This document shows, piece by piece, positions 43,701 through 58,071 of a stretch of DNA of 64,000 bases; within the stretch, counting starts at the first letter, position 1; each line of letters opens with the position of its first letter. The DNA is from Auanema rhodensis (lineage: Eukaryota; Animalia; Nematoda), in NCBI GenBank assembly GCA_964057225.1, contig OZ059896.1:6944001-7008000 (forward strand), given 5' to 3'. The position numbers were made by a program, and so were the translations under genes. The notes under the pieces are model-generated. The model saw only the letters and a program-made list of their open reading frames with translations, was not told the DNA's origin and did no database searches.

Positions 43701-46700
43701 AAAAAAAAATTATAAACTAAACTTGTCTGTTCTTTTTGAATAACTCACCGTGTTGCATAGGCACTTTTTCGGAATCAACTTTCTCATTTACGTTAATTGA
43801 ATCAAGTTGGAACAATTCTGTGTTTAATTTTCTTGGAAAACCATTATATTTAAAAGTTCGTTCTTCTCCAGTGGAGGGGTCGATAAAAGGTTCGGGAGGA
43901 GCAATAAATACCTGAGGAAGAAAAAACAGATGAAGAAAGAAAAAAAAACTAACATTTGGATGCTTTTCCGAAGAAGACGTATCAGTTTCCAACAATGGTA
44001 AGGGAGGAGTATCATCTAAAAATGAGATTATAATAAAAATATAAATATATAAAAAAAACAAACCATTAATTTTATTAATGCAGTCGTCAAAAAAAGCATT
44101 GAACGTATTTTTATCAGATACAAAGCTACGCTCCTCGATAAAACGAATAAAAGACTGAGTTTCACAAAATCTAAAAAAACGTATATCACTATTTGTAAGA
44201 GGAAAAAGTTGATACTTTCTGAAAAACGGTTCACTAGTCTTATCCCGAGATTTCATAAATCCTTCTATATCAAACAAATTTCCTGTATCCGTGGCATTTA
44301 CAGTTGCTGAAGCACTTTTAATAGGACGTAAGTATGACTGATAGCCCTTCATGATATTTGCCATAAATCTGTTAAATATAAAATAATTATAACGATAAAA
44401 AGAGTTTGAATATACCTAAGGAAAGCATCTTGTATTTCAGTTTCTATTTCTTTCCGTTTCCTATGCATTTGTTGTTCTTCATCTAGAGGTAAAAAATCAT
44501 TTCGCTTATGACGGGTAAGAAACTCATAAGATTGAGCACAAATTCTAAAAAAAAATTTTTTTTAATACAAAATTCATATCCCAGTTGTTTTACCTTTTGT
44601 ATAACTCTTCTAATGAGTATTTCAACTGTTTTGTTGCTTTCTTAGGAAGCATAGAGAGTTTGATGGACTGTCTAACCTTTGACCCACTAATAGTACATGT
44701 ATCTAAGTCAAAACATGTGACATCGTCTGGAGGATCTTCATACAGTTCGAAATATCTGAATATTATTGTAAAAGAATATAAATAGTCTAAAATATATAAA
44801 AAAAACCTTGAATCTACACCCGCGATAAAAGGTAAAGGGGCATGAAGTACTCCTGCTAAGCCTAATGGACATTGAGGAACATACGGACATTGCCAATGAA
44901 ACGGAAACATTAGAGCCCGGATTGATTCGGCAACAGCAGTAAGCATCCATGATCTACAATTAAAAAAAAACAAATAATGAAATAAAATTCATGTGAAAAA
45001 ACCTCAAGGAATGAACAAGAATTTTTTGCTCCAATAATGCCAAAAGCATTAGATACATCAAATTTTCAGATCCTAAACTTCTTAGAGTTTCAAATAATTG
45101 TGCACCTGTGAAATAAAAGTAAAAACAGCAAATTGAAAAAATAAAACCATTTAAGGGCAACTGGCAATCATCTTGAGATTCAAAGCTAATAGTTTCGTTG
45201 CCTAATTCAACAACAACTTGAGGCCTTCGAGGAGTTGGAAAAGATACTTCATATCTCTGCAAATAACATTAATCACATTAAACAAAAAAAAACATACCAA
45301 GTGTGATAGATATCGTTCAATAGGAACTGATGTTTCAGTTACTTTTTGACTTATCCTGTGAATATAATAAAGAAAGCGCTTAAATGAATGGAAAAAGGGA
45401 TAACGAGAAATTAAGCAAATCGCTATGTTGGTATGGAATTCGATCTGGAAGCAAAAAACTAGATTAACTTTCTTGTTTAGTATGTACTTGGTCAGCAGGA
45501 TCATTATTACTTGAAGAATCATCTGCAACAACTCCACTAATACCATCTCCTGGAGTTAATTCCAGTTGTTCTAACTGTTCGTCCGTCAATTTATCAGTAT
45601 ATTTCTCATAAAACGATACAGCTGCACCATAGAATTTAGTTCCATTCTATGAAAAAAAGATTTAATAAGAAAGCTAAAACAAAATCAACTTCATCAGTTA
45701 ACACGAATGTAGTAAAAGATCTATCTGGAGCTTGGCAATTAGATGGCCAACATTCAATGACAGCTCCCATTGGCAAACAAAATAAGGGCACATTTTGAGC
45801 AAGACGAAACTGATCGTCATTCGAGACACGTAAAGGAAAAGAATCTAGCACCTGGACAACATGTATTATTAAATGTATTAATTAAGCTTAACAAACAGTG
45901 GGTTTATAAGCAAGTCGTTTAGATGTTCCCTGTGTTTTCTTATAACATATATAAACATCAGAACCAACCATACCCTGAATAAAAAAAACAATTGTTCGAG
46001 GCTTCAATAAAACTTCAAACCTTATTCAGATTTTTTGAAATTTTATAATAAGTATGCGGTGGAACTTCTCCTTTATTTGCTAATATTACAACAATGTTAG
46101 TTACCACAAATTGACTAGGTGTGCTATTTTGAGGTGCGCGACGATAAGTGAGAAATATTCCCTGTAATTTTTATTCCAAAGATATCAAAGTAATTAAGCA
46201 AACCGGAGTCGCGTTATTTACATTAGCTGTTTTTCCAAAAGGTGTCGTTTGAACAACATTGATGTCTACCATTGGTTTATCACCACGTCCTACATCTTGT
46301 AATAAGCCAACTAATAAGCTAATTTCAAACCTTGATCAAGAATCCCAATATCTACTATAGGTGGTTTATGATAGCCTCGTCGGAACCCAAGAAAAACACT
46401 TGGCATTCTTATCGAACCATGATTCAAATCAGCAGGATGTCCTAATGGAGTGGTAGAGATCATTTCGAAGCCATTGGGCATCTATATTAATAAGTATGAA
46501 AATTGTGCTCAACAATGATGAGTAACCGTTTCACCCTGCGAAGGAAAAATAACACATATATCTGTTATAGGAGCCAGAGGTTGAGTATTTCTGCATCCAC
46601 ATTCTTGTGATGATGGAGATAATTGCTCAAGTGACGATTTATCTAATCCAGCAATCACGAAATGTTCAAAAATTTGATGCTCATCATCACGCATTGTCAT
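40740..46700 (-). CDS. denn-4: DENND4-like Rab GEF (MABP-uDENN-DENN-dDENN-PPR)
   Basis: [84 protein letters not shown]-like [38 protein letters not shown]. Confidence 0.93.
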
Positions 46701-47053
46701 TGTTGCTGATAATCAGTGGTACATCTCGAAATTTTAAAATGCGAAAGCTAAAATATAAGGATTGAAAATATTTAGAAGTATAAGCACATATCCAGAAAGT
46801 ATGCTTAGAAATGGAAATACGTAGCGCATGGTGATATTTGTACACTAGTCACAGAAAACAAAAACCAAAGGGTTGAACGTCATCAATTATATAAAAACTA
46901 TTAATTCATAAAGAGTTATGGTAAATATTTATTAAAATTCGAAAAAAAGAAGAACTTCTGTATTCATGCATCCGTAATATTCAGTACACCACATATCGAG
47001 GTGACGTAGTTCAAAAAACAGTAGGTTTGAGATCAAAGTAAATATGAGGTCTT

Positions 47054-48895
47054 CTATTGTCCTCTATGTTGTCTCCACCACTGTTTCACAAGTGAATGTC
47101 CTTCATCAGTTACAATAACAAGTTTTTGTGTGCTCTCAGCCCATAGAAGAACATCCTCGTTAGCAGCAAAGTCGCGAACACCTTGCAATAATTAATTATA
47201 AGAAGCTTTCGAAAAATTACTTACCGACAAACTCATCTTCCGTTTCAAACACTGAGTAAAGAGTAGCATCTGTGAATACAAGACGCTTTCTCTCATCTTC
47301 CCAAAGACGAATTTGATCCGCAACCTGAAATGAATAAATCAAGTGCTAACATGTGTTTATCAGGGTACTGTAATGGGTAGACAATTCAAAGGTCCAGATG
47401 AGGCCAGACATTTCGGATGAGCATTCGATCGCAAGAAAGATATGATTTGAATAGCTGTAATCCCCACCTGAAAAAAGAAAAATATTAAAACTCTCTAAAT
47501 CAAGAACTAAACCTGTAGTGCTCTACGTACAGAATCTCTAGTGAGAATTCCTACAGACATATCATTGAACCTAAGCTAAAATTGAAAAAAAAAGAAATTA
47601 AAAAAAAGAAACCTGTATGTCATTTCTGTAAAAGTGGATAAAATTGCTAATTCTAAGCTACTATTGGTATAAGCATACAAACGGAAGTTTGTTTCTACAA
47701 TAATATAGCCGTCTTTACGCTCCTGTGATCCCTGATCTTCATCAGATCTACTAGATAAGTGCCATAATAATGGAGTTAAGAAAAACACACTGAAAGAAAA
47801 TAATAAATAGAAATAAATAAATAAATAAAATTTACCCATCTTTACGCTTTCGTATGAAAATTAAACCTAATTCTCTCATGTGCATTACCAGCTCATTCTG
47901 ACCTTCACTCCATGTAGGATCGAGTTCGAAAGCCCGTTTGGTTATATCATCTCCTGTATAAACAAAATACTCAAAACTCATAGAAAATTGGTTATTACCC
48001 TTGTCGACACATAAAATTATTCTTATCATTACCCACATTAATTCCTTGAGTTCGCGGCCTTCAACTTGAGCCAATCTCAGGTATTCTTTAACTCCTCAAT
48101 TAAGTAAAACGACGATAGGTTAAACCTGTCATATATGTCCATAGTTGTTGGATTGGACTAAGAAGAAGGAACTGGAAACCTGTGGAAGTTATTTCTAAAT
48201 CATTTTCTCCTTCTCCACTAGTAAACTTTGCACTATGAAATAACTTTCTGGTTGTGGCAGAAACCGAAGCTTTGTTCTGCTCAGAAGGCAAAGCCAAATA
48301 TCTGCAACTTTGAATTTTCTGTATTTTCGTTTTATATTCAAACCTTAAAATACATTCCCATCTTTCATTTGATTTTCTAACAATTTCTTTATTACGTTTC
48401 TTATCTTCGATTTCGGAAGAATTTATATTAGCACATCGCTTCGAGCCATTCATTACAGCGGCTAGATATGCTCTACGGAACCGGTCCTAGACAAGTCATT
48501 TTTAGAGAAAATAAAAAACACCATGACAAACATTGATCATGAGTTTACTATCAACCGTATGAACAAGCCTCAACTTTTTCAATAAATCAATATTATTTCC
48601 AATTTCTTTACATTCCTGTTTCAACGAATCACTGCAAAACTTAAAAATAATAAGAACCCGTTTAATACAACTTACATTACGTGTGAATTCCATATTATTT
48701 TCACGAGTAACTGCTGAGCAACAGTGGGTAAAAGACGAAACAAGAAAAAAGCTATGAATCGACTACTGTTAGCATGCCAATTCATTAAAACAAACCAGAT
48801 GACGGCTCTTTTTGTAGGAAAGATATGTTCTCATCCGATAATCCAATTACAAAATCAAGAAAAATATTAGTTTCAGAAGATTCAACTACAGTCAT
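47054..48895 (-). CDS. gtf-2H4: TFIIH p52 subunit (GTF2H4/Tfb2)
   Basis: ITSTGFQFLLL, GYIIVETNFRLYAYTNS, ILTRDSVRRAL..GITAIQIISFL, DQIRLWEDERKR; ATG immediately after a TTAG acceptor. Confidence 0.93.
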
Positions 48896-49012
48896 CTAAG
48901 TTATAAATAAAGTAAAATCAAATCACTAAGTCAGCATATAAGCAACGAGCTTTAAACTCAATTGAAAGCAATTAAGTAAAAATATTCTATCATAATTTTT
49001 AATATCACACAT

Positions 49013-51236
49013 CTATTGCTCTGCAGGTAATTTACCACAACCACTAACGATAATTTGATATAGTATAGTAGCTTCCTTGACATCTCTATATTTTAAGACA
49101 AATTCTTGTATTCCCGTTAAAATACTCTGAATAGATATATAACAGGAGAATAGAAGTTAGAAATACTTACGCTATCTTTCAAAAGGCCATGCTTGACTAA
49201 AGATGTTACAAACATACAAATCATGCGTACCGTGCGAGTTAATTGGGATGAGGAGACATTACTATATTGGCAATAATTCATAATAGAAAATACATATTCT
49301 CTCAAGGCATCAGCATTCAGATTTGGTATGTTCTATAAAGGATTCAAAATAAAAATAAATAGCAAATACAATTTTACCTCATATAATCGTCTTACTAATT
49401 CCAAGCTCTGAACAGACACATTCATATGCAAAAGCACTGACATATACCTAAAACAAATGTAAGACATGATAATTACTAAAATAATTTAAATTGCTTACAC
49501 GTCTATTAAGTCTGGATTCTTCGAAACTATTTTGAATGCGGCTTCGGACGCAACCTTAATAACTTTTGATTACTGTTTTTGTGTCAGTACTTACTTTAAC
49601 ATTATCTTCAATGAACTTCCTCAAAGGACCTCCATCCAACACCTTTAATCGTTCTAATATTGGATCATCCAGAGAACAATCGTTGACAACTTTTAGCATC
49701 GCTCGAATCTCATTGGGGCTGTTAACAAAAACACTTATAGATATAATAAAAACGAATAAAACCTCAAACTCTGTCCATTTACAATTTTTTCAGTAGTCGT
49801 CATATCCACAGAGTGACCTGTTGTGATATGTCCTGAACAACTCAGATAATAGATATGACAGTGCTTCTAAACCTTTTGAATCTTCAGCTACAATATCTAC
49901 ATTCCATTTGAGTGCATTTGAAGTATTGGTATCTGATGATAAATCCATATATTTTTAAATTAAAATAATAACAGAATACCAAGTGATCTGACGTGTTCAA
50001 TTTGTTGATTAAGAGCATACATATCTTCTACATCAGTTTCATGATCACAAGGTCCAGGTCTTGGATTCTGAGTAAGCAATAACATGAGTCACTGTATTTT
50101 ATACTTACATGTTCATATTCATGAGTACTAGGCTCAAGAAAACTCATCATTTCATAAAGTCCTAAATCACGAGGTGGCATTAGGCCCGGTGAATTCACCA
50201 AAATTTTTTCACCCATGCAAGCTAACTCTTCAATTGTAAGAACTCCACTAAACAAAAAAAATATAAATTTAAAATAGATAAGTTAACTTGCATGTTCAAA
50301 TCAGGCTTCGATCTTCCACAATTGGATACAGTTGAAGGTAACAAATTATATTCATAGCTTACGGGCCATCGAATTTGACAGGATAAGAGAAAATGTTCAA
50401 TTTCAGAGACGTCCTAACGATCAAAAAGGAAACTGTAACTTTTATAAAACTACAATTAATTACTTACAATCTTTTCTTCTTTATTATTTGAAAGTTCTGA
50501 GGCTTTTACTATATCCATCGGTAGCAAGCTTCCCAACTCATGCCCTCTCTTACTCAAAATTCTAGAAGCCATCAATATTTCGACAAGATTTTCATTGTCA
50601 CTAGTCTAAAAAATGTAAGCATTATTCTTTTTAAAGAATATTCATTAAATTGAAATCCAACTGACCAAACCAAGAAAAAAGTCAATAAATGGATGCCCCA
50701 TAATACTATCTTTTCCTTTTTCGGATTTATCTTGCTTCCTTTTCAAAGTAGGCTCTAATTCCCGAACCCTTAATTTGCCATGATTAAAAAAAAGCTATTC
50801 TTTGCAAACCTGTAGATTAAGTACACCAGAACAACACGAAATAGAATGGCCTTCTGGCCTTCATCACAATTTACGTTCGAAAGGAGATCATAAAACGTTA
50901 CAAGAGCAGAACCTACAGTTAAAGAGCACCGGTTTTTAAATACCTACAAACATTTTAGAAATAGATAAGAACTAGTATTCTACCTCCAGAAACGCTGTGG
51001 CCGTCTTGCTCAACTGTTTACCGATAGAAAATATTAACCTAAATATAAATTGTAAAGTAATTGTTGCACTTTTCTAATCATCACTTGCTAATTTCCAAAC
51101 AATCTAAAGTAGAGATCGAGCCATCGTCGTCATATGTAACTACATCGGCAAATTCATCATCATCTGCATTTGATTTACTTACTTTCCCACTAGAAGATGG
51201 CGTTTTTTTTTTATTTTTCTTTTTTTGACTTGACAT
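49013..51236 (-). CDS. ntl-11: CCR4-NOT subunit 11 (CNOT11, DUF2363)
   Basis: C-terminal YMSVLLHMNVSVQSLELVRRL..YVFSIMNYC..RTVRMICMFVTSLVKHG..IQEFVLKYRDVKEATILY aligns with the CNOT11 C-terminal domain; HPFIDFF in the N-terminal part. Confidence 0.8.
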
Positions 51237-51477
51237 TCTATAATTATAATTTTGTTCACACACTAGCTACAACATATATTTAAAAATCCTTATTATAAAA
51301 GCTGAAGAAGGCTGTCCAATTTTCAAACTTACGATTTTTAATATTGAACTGTGCACCAATTGCGTACAGTAGGAAAGAAAGTCTGCAATTACGCCTTTCT
51401 TACTTTTTTTAATTAATTTATTTTTCATTAACGTTTAAGCAATTGTTGAAATATAAGATTATAAATTTGAAGTTTAG
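51237..51477. promoter_or_regulatory. Bidirectional promoter between CNOT11 (putative operon head) and DHRS4
   Basis: Head-to-head ATGs ~240 bp apart, each preceded by an AG acceptor. Confidence 0.55.
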
Positions 51478-52525
51478 ATGACATCATTGCCAGTAACTAA
51501 GTTTTTAACCGATCGCGTAGCAGTTGTGTCAGCTTCAACTAAGGTTCCAGTTCAACCATCAAAATTGTGATCATTTCGCTCCTTTGTCTAGGGTATCGGC
51601 TACGCCATTGCGCAACGGCTTGGATTAGATGGAGCATCCGTTGTGGTGAATAGCAGAAAGCCAAAAAATGTGGAGGTATTTGATTGCTCTTATAAAAATA
51701 TATTTCGTTTTTATCAGGATGCCGTGGCCGCCTTGCGGCTTGATGGAATCGAGGCATCGGGGGTAGTTGGGCACGTCGGAATTCAAGATGACCGTAAAAA
51801 ATTAATTGAGTATGCCGTAGAAAGGTGTAGTGATTTTTGTCTTTAATTGTCTTTAATGTTTTTTTTCCTAGATATGGAAAACTTGATATTCTGGTGTCCA
51901 ATGCAGCGGTAAGCCCCCATTACGGAGATATGCTTACCATTACAGACAAACAATGGAACAAGCTTGTACAAATGAATGTAATTTACCATTTGACTAAGAA
52001 GACAGTATAATGATATTCTTAGGTCAAATCTTCATTGGAACTCAGTACAGAAGCTGTCCCTCATATTGAGGCTGCAGGAAGAGGAAGTATAGTGTTTGTG
52101 TCATCAATTGCTGGATATGCTCCAATGGATGGTATTGGAGGGTATTCTGTCATGAAATCTGCTATAATTGGATTAAATAAAGCCCTTAGTCAAAGCTTAG
52201 CTAGAAAAAATATTCGTGTAAACGCAGTAGCTCCAGGTATTTCTCATACAATTTGTCGTTTTGTTTATGTTATGTTTTTTTAGGAATCATAACTACAGAT
52301 TTCAGTAAATCTTTGTATACCAATGAGATCGAACATAAAAATTGGTTAAGACAAATTCCTTTAAATCGGTTTGGTCTCTCGGAAGAATGTGCTGGTGCCG
52401 TGTCTTTCTTAGTATGTAAATCTTAGTTTTCTTTTTTATGTATTTTCCTTTAGGTATCTGATGAAGCATGCTATATGACCGGCGAAACGATTGGAATTAA
52501 TGGTGGTATGCAAGCTCGAATGTAA
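51478..52525 (+). CDS. dhs-13: Peroxisomal short-chain dehydrogenase DHRS4-like
   Basis: VAVVSASTKGIGYAIA, LDILVSNAAV, catalytic YSVMK, IRVNAVAPG; ends in the PTS1-like tripeptide ARM*. Confidence 0.9.
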
Positions 52526-53373
52526 AAATCCGCCAATGCCGATAGAATTTCAAAGAAGAATCGACAGGTCGGGTATACAATTACGTCTGATGTTCAGAAC
52601 TAAGTTCGGTACACTAATATTGTCATTCTCAAGTGAATATTATGTTTTTTTTTGCATATCAATCATATCAGAGTATCGCTCAGTATGCCAATAATAAGGT
52701 TCTATTTATACTGCTCAAAATAAAATTTGACCAGATCAAACAGTTTATATGATACATACAAAAGAGTAAGACTTAGTTGCATTGTAATAATTGAAAATTC
52801 ATTATTGAAAAAGCTGGCAATATATCACTAATTGAGAAGAACTTCTTCATTAGGTTTTGTTCAGCAATTGTTAAAATCAAAAAAAAAAATCTTTTGTTAG
52901 TGCGTTTTTAAATTTTACAGCATTAAAGTTGTTCAGATCGTTGAGTGGAACATACTCATTCGAGCATCTAAAATGTATTATTAGTTTCGTCCTAAAGTAC
53001 AAAACGTACTGATAGTCAGGTTCATCAGTAAGCATAGAACTATCTTTCCCTTAAAAAATAAATGATAAAAAGTACATTTAACACAATTATTTTGTATCAT
53101 AAATATTTAATTTACTACTACAGCTAGTGGGATGCGAAATAACCATCTTTTTCGTCTAAGTAAGCATATAGAGATTCTTCGTTGTCAAAAGTTCTTGGTT
53201 AAATGTCACGTCTAAGTTCTTTATAAGTTTATATGAAGAGAGCGGAGAAAAAACCAGTTTGTAACAGATAATCATCAAAAATTTTTCTATCGACGATCTT
53301 CATGAGATTTGATATGTTAACAAAAGAAGGAATATCAATACTGTTTTCTTTAGGGTTTCTTAAGGTATAAAGC

Positions 53374-53387
53374 GGGGGGGGGGGGGG
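53374..53387 (+). repeat. Poly-G tract (G14), potential G-quadruplex
   Basis: Uninterrupted G run; a C13 run lies at 16922-16934. Confidence 0.85.
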
Positions 53388-55702
53388 AGTTTCAACCTAG
53401 AAGATCTAATGATTGTATCGAATTCAGCATTAGATGAATATTGAGGACCTGTAAAACTTGTACATGAGTAATTTCTACTAAGATTAAGTAAAACTAAAAC
53501 AATTTGTTTGTAAGCCCTCATGACAGCTCATGTAGTTGTAACATAAATTTGTCTTAATATAGAATTCATGAATTGTTAAGATTAGGAACCTCCTGAAAGA
53601 AACCTCCTAAAAAACATTAGAAATATATTTTGAGAGTATGTATATAATCAAAATGGCTAAAATATGACAAAATTAATTTCGACATGGTAGAATATGAAAC
53701 TTTTCAATTTTTTCACCATGCTGAATCTGTAATGTGATTGGTTCTTATAGATATTTTGATAAAAACTAATTTAATCATAGAACAGCCGTGAAATCATAGA
53801 CAAAGAAGGCTGTTTCTTTGTTAGAAATATACTCAACTAATTATTGAGAAAATAGTTTCTTAACTAATATAAAAGTCGTATTATTGTTAATTTTATCAAT
53901 GATATATGCGCTGCATTTAATATCCAACTTCAAATATGAAAACAAACGTTCGCAATAACTTGCACCGTGGAATAAACCGAAAGATCAAGATGATAAACTA
54001 CTTCAGATGTACATTCTTTTGGAACAGATAGCGCATAATTTTCAAAAAAAAGTACAAACAACAATTAATTATTATAAAAACTGGTGAAAAGTGACGAAGT
54101 TGCAGATAAATTCATATCTTCCTCGTTCGTTGCTTGAAAACTAAAAAATTACTCTCTCAAATATAAAATAATAATATATATGAGAATTATATAAGTGAAA
54201 ATTCTTGGAGAAGGGAAAGAACGACCCCCTATAGTTTTAAAAATTTGTTTCATTTACTCGATAGGTGGGTGAGTTGGTCCATAGAGTTGAAAACCTTAGA
54301 GATTTAACGTAAAAAGATTTATCCATAGTTTCCTGTTTATAGATAGATACTTTGATTTAATGCACAACTGGACATATTATATGTATCCCTATCAGAATTT
54401 ACTCCCAGATAAAAATGAAATTAATATTTTTATACAAAAGGATTATCTGATTTTCAAGTATTTAACGAATGTTACCTGAGTTAAATGGAAAGTTAAAAAA
54501 AACATGATTTCATGATTATAACTGCATACTAAAGTATTCAAGAAAATATACTGATATAAAACATTGGATCAATCTTCTTTTCATAATTTATAATTAAGAA
54601 ATGTTAGTTTTCAGCTGATATAAGTTCAACTAATTATTGATTTACTATGGACTTGTATGGCAAACATTATAAAACTCAAAAAGAAAAGTTGTTAACTGTA
54701 TTCAATAACAATTTACAGTATGAATTATGATTTGACCAACGGGCTGTACCTAATGAAATATTATAAGTGTTAACTTAGTATCATGGTAAGCCTGTGGCTT
54801 TGGCAACTTTAATATATTGTAAATCATTTCACATAAACAATAAAGATGGTTATCAATAGTTGCATATCATACAACTTTTCTAGACAACAATCATAAATAT
54901 TGAAGAATAAAATACACAATCAGATTGCCTTATGGCGTATTGCCATCGGGAATATATTTAAATCTTTAATCCGAAGAATTAACTACGTAGCTATGATATT
55001 CGATTTCTTGATCGCATACTAGAAATATTGTTCTTCATTACGTTTCAATAACTTATTCTTATTTTTATAATTTCAATTATGAAAACTTAACATTTTAATA
55101 TTGAAAATCAGCTCATTCGTTACAGTTTCGGTTAATTACAGACATCAAAAGAATATACAACAGTGATAGAAAATATGAACAATTCATAAACAACCGTATC
55201 GTAATTATTAGTTCAATATTTTTAGTACCAGAGGTGAAAATTTTAAGCCTTAAACCATACCACCTTACAGTTCATATTTGAATTTTAACACTTGTTCACG
55301 AGTATAATATGCATGCAAGCCATTGGCAAAGCAATTTAATACTGAAGTGAGAGGAGTAAACGTCTGATTGACAGCCACATCAAGAGGATGCGGCATGCTC
55401 AAAGGCTACAAAACCAAAAAAGCTAAATGCCTACTTAGCTCCTCCTACTGAGGATATACGTTCTTAATCTTACATCAGTATCATCACTTGCCATTGTCTG
55501 GGTTGGGTAGCAAGTTCCGCCCAGACTGCCATTCGGTCTGATTTGTTCTCTGCAATTTATATGTTTTGATCTTCTTATGTGTTTTGCACTTTGATACTTG
55601 TAATACAGTGTATATATATATATATATATCGTATGATAATCCTTGAATAATCGTTATTATCTTTATATTTACTGTAAATTAATTGTGATATATTTAGAAG
55701 AA

Positions 55703-56627
55703 ATGCAAGCCTCCTCTGAATCTTTCTGTGTTGATCATATACCTGATGAGATGTTTGATATTTCTGGATATGATGACGAAAATGCCTATGAATATTTGGA
55801 TCTTGACCGTTCTCAGAGAAGAACTTTCTCAGCATCTGTATGTTTAAATTTCAAATGTTATTTTTTATATTCTACTTATTACAGAGAGCTTCAACTTCTG
55901 TGAGATCTGATGATACATCCAGCAGTTATTCGAGTATCCATTCTCCCAGAAAAAGTATGACATTAATATCATGGTCAATCGTAAACGTTCAGTATTTTCA
56001 GATGGTTTAAATCGTTTATTACGACGTGATTATCCCATTCCTCGGAATACCAGAAGATCATACGATGATATGATACTAAATTTTAATTCAAAACAGGAAA
56101 CAGAGGATGATGAAGCAGTATATCAAAATATTAACTCTTTTAATGGATCCGAAGATACTTCTCATCTTTATGGTATGTTTTTTCAAGTTAAGTTGCTGTA
56201 ATAATGTTCTCAATTTAGCTCGTCTTTTATGCTCTGTCCTACTTCAAGTACTAGACTCTTTTGATGGTTCCAGAAGATTAGCAAAAATTGAAAAAGGAAT
56301 AGAAAAAATCGTAGGAATTGAAACTGAGAAGCGCCTTGATCTTCTTAATTATGATGAGAAGAAGGAACACATATACTTTTTCTGTAAGTTTTTTATTTCC
56401 TTGTCCAGACTCCTTGTTGCTTTTTTTTTTCATTTTCGAAATTTATAGTTTAAATTTCAGGTAAACAAGTAGAAATTTGTCTACGTCGTATTAATCGCTC
56501 TTCTCTAGCTAATTATAGAAGAGTTTCTGATGAACTTTGTGCAATTTTGAGCTCAGCTCGCAAGCCCCAGCAGTCAAAACTGCAGAAGTTAACTAACAGT
56601 TTTAAGAAAGTGTTTTATTCATCATAG
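55703..56627 (+). CDS. Uncharacterised protein with Tyr-motif-rich disordered N-terminus and helical C-terminus
   Basis: Five exons with canonical phase-compatible introns: MQASSESF..ENAYEYLDL..SSYSSI..SYDDM..EAVYQNI..LYARLLCSVLLQVLD..FKKVFYSS*. Confidence 0.7.
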
Positions 56628-57008
56628 TTTCTGTATTGCCAATATTAATTGTTTCTTGTTCTGCCTTGTCATATAATAATTGCTTAGTAATAGTAATAAA
56701 TTCTACGATTTAAAATTTTTAGAAATAGTAAGACAAATTATTTATAATCAGATCAATTAGTACTTGTCAGATCATACGCGTATTCGATCTTAAATTGGTA
56801 CAATACAATGTTACTTCACAAAAAAAAACGAAAATAAGCTCTGCTCATGAAACAGGAAATTGTTCGAGAATTTTAAAATACTGAGTAATAGTAATGATAA
56901 TGGCACAATGGCCGTCAGATGTACCTTGTATAAGTTTAATTTGAGAATAACATTTCCTGTCATTAAAACATACTACATATATATCGTGTTTAAGTAAATA
57001 ATTTGTTA

Positions 57009-58037
57009 CTAACATGAAGGTTGTTGACAAGACTGTGGCTGATTCAATCCCATTGGAGGCATATTAGAACAAGCTGAATAAGGTGGTGCGAAACCAGGTA
57101 GAGCATTTGGATCAGTCATAAGGGAAGGATAATTGCCCCGATCCATATCCGCTTTCCCTTGGCTAACAACTAACATCCCTAAAACGACATTTTATGATAA
57201 AGATATATTTGTGATATTGTACCTCCTGGTGGCCCATCTTGTCCCATTGGTGGTTTAGGAAGTGGACTTTGTGCATAAGGGGAATTTAGAGACTGTAAAA
57301 ATAAAATAATATAAGAATTCATAAAAGTCTAACCTTATCAGCAGGTGGTGCTGAGTTTGGAGCACCTATCACTCCAGAAGGAGGACCATTCAAATAAGGA
57401 ACAGGGCCACTCAAGGCACTTTGTAGAGGTGGGTGCATTCCTGGTATATAGCCTGGGGGTAACTGAGAGGGAGGAAAAGCTCCAGTTGGAAAAGGTACAG
57501 AAGGAGATCGACCGGGTGGCGGAATAATTCCTGAACAATTGAAATAGGTTATAATGTTATATGCTAACTTACCACGAGCATGAGGGGGTAAATACATAGG
57601 GTGACCAGGATGCATCATAGGCATAGGCCTATAACCAGGCATTCCTGGATGAGGAAAAGCTCCAGGAGATGGTGCAACTCCGGGAAGCCGAGGCATAGGT
57701 CCTGGATGAGGTCCAATAATAGGGCTATATGCAGGAGAGAAAGCAGCGGGATGGGGCCCGAATCCTAAAACTAAAATATGCATATATGTATTATGAATAA
57801 AGAGTACGAACCATTAGGAGGATAACCTCCAGGATATGCAGGAGAAGTCATTGGAATGAAAGGCGATGGAGAAGACATAGAATGCATACGCTGCCTCTCA
57901 ATCATCTTCAAAAAATACAGTATTTTAGTTGTTCGAAACGTTTTACCTGTTGATGATACATGGCAACTTGATGCTGATGTTGCATATGCTGAGCTTGCAT
58001 GTGCTGTTGATGTTGCTGCTGCTGTTGATGCTGTTGC

Positions 58038-58071
<34 letters not shown>

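Noticed and set aside
52880-53450. Minus-strand exon-like fragments with plausible splice sites (..DEPDYQCSNEYVPL.., ..IDIPSFVNISNLMK..)
   Set aside because: Could not be assembled into a consistent stop-free model; may be a degenerate gene and needs RNA-seq
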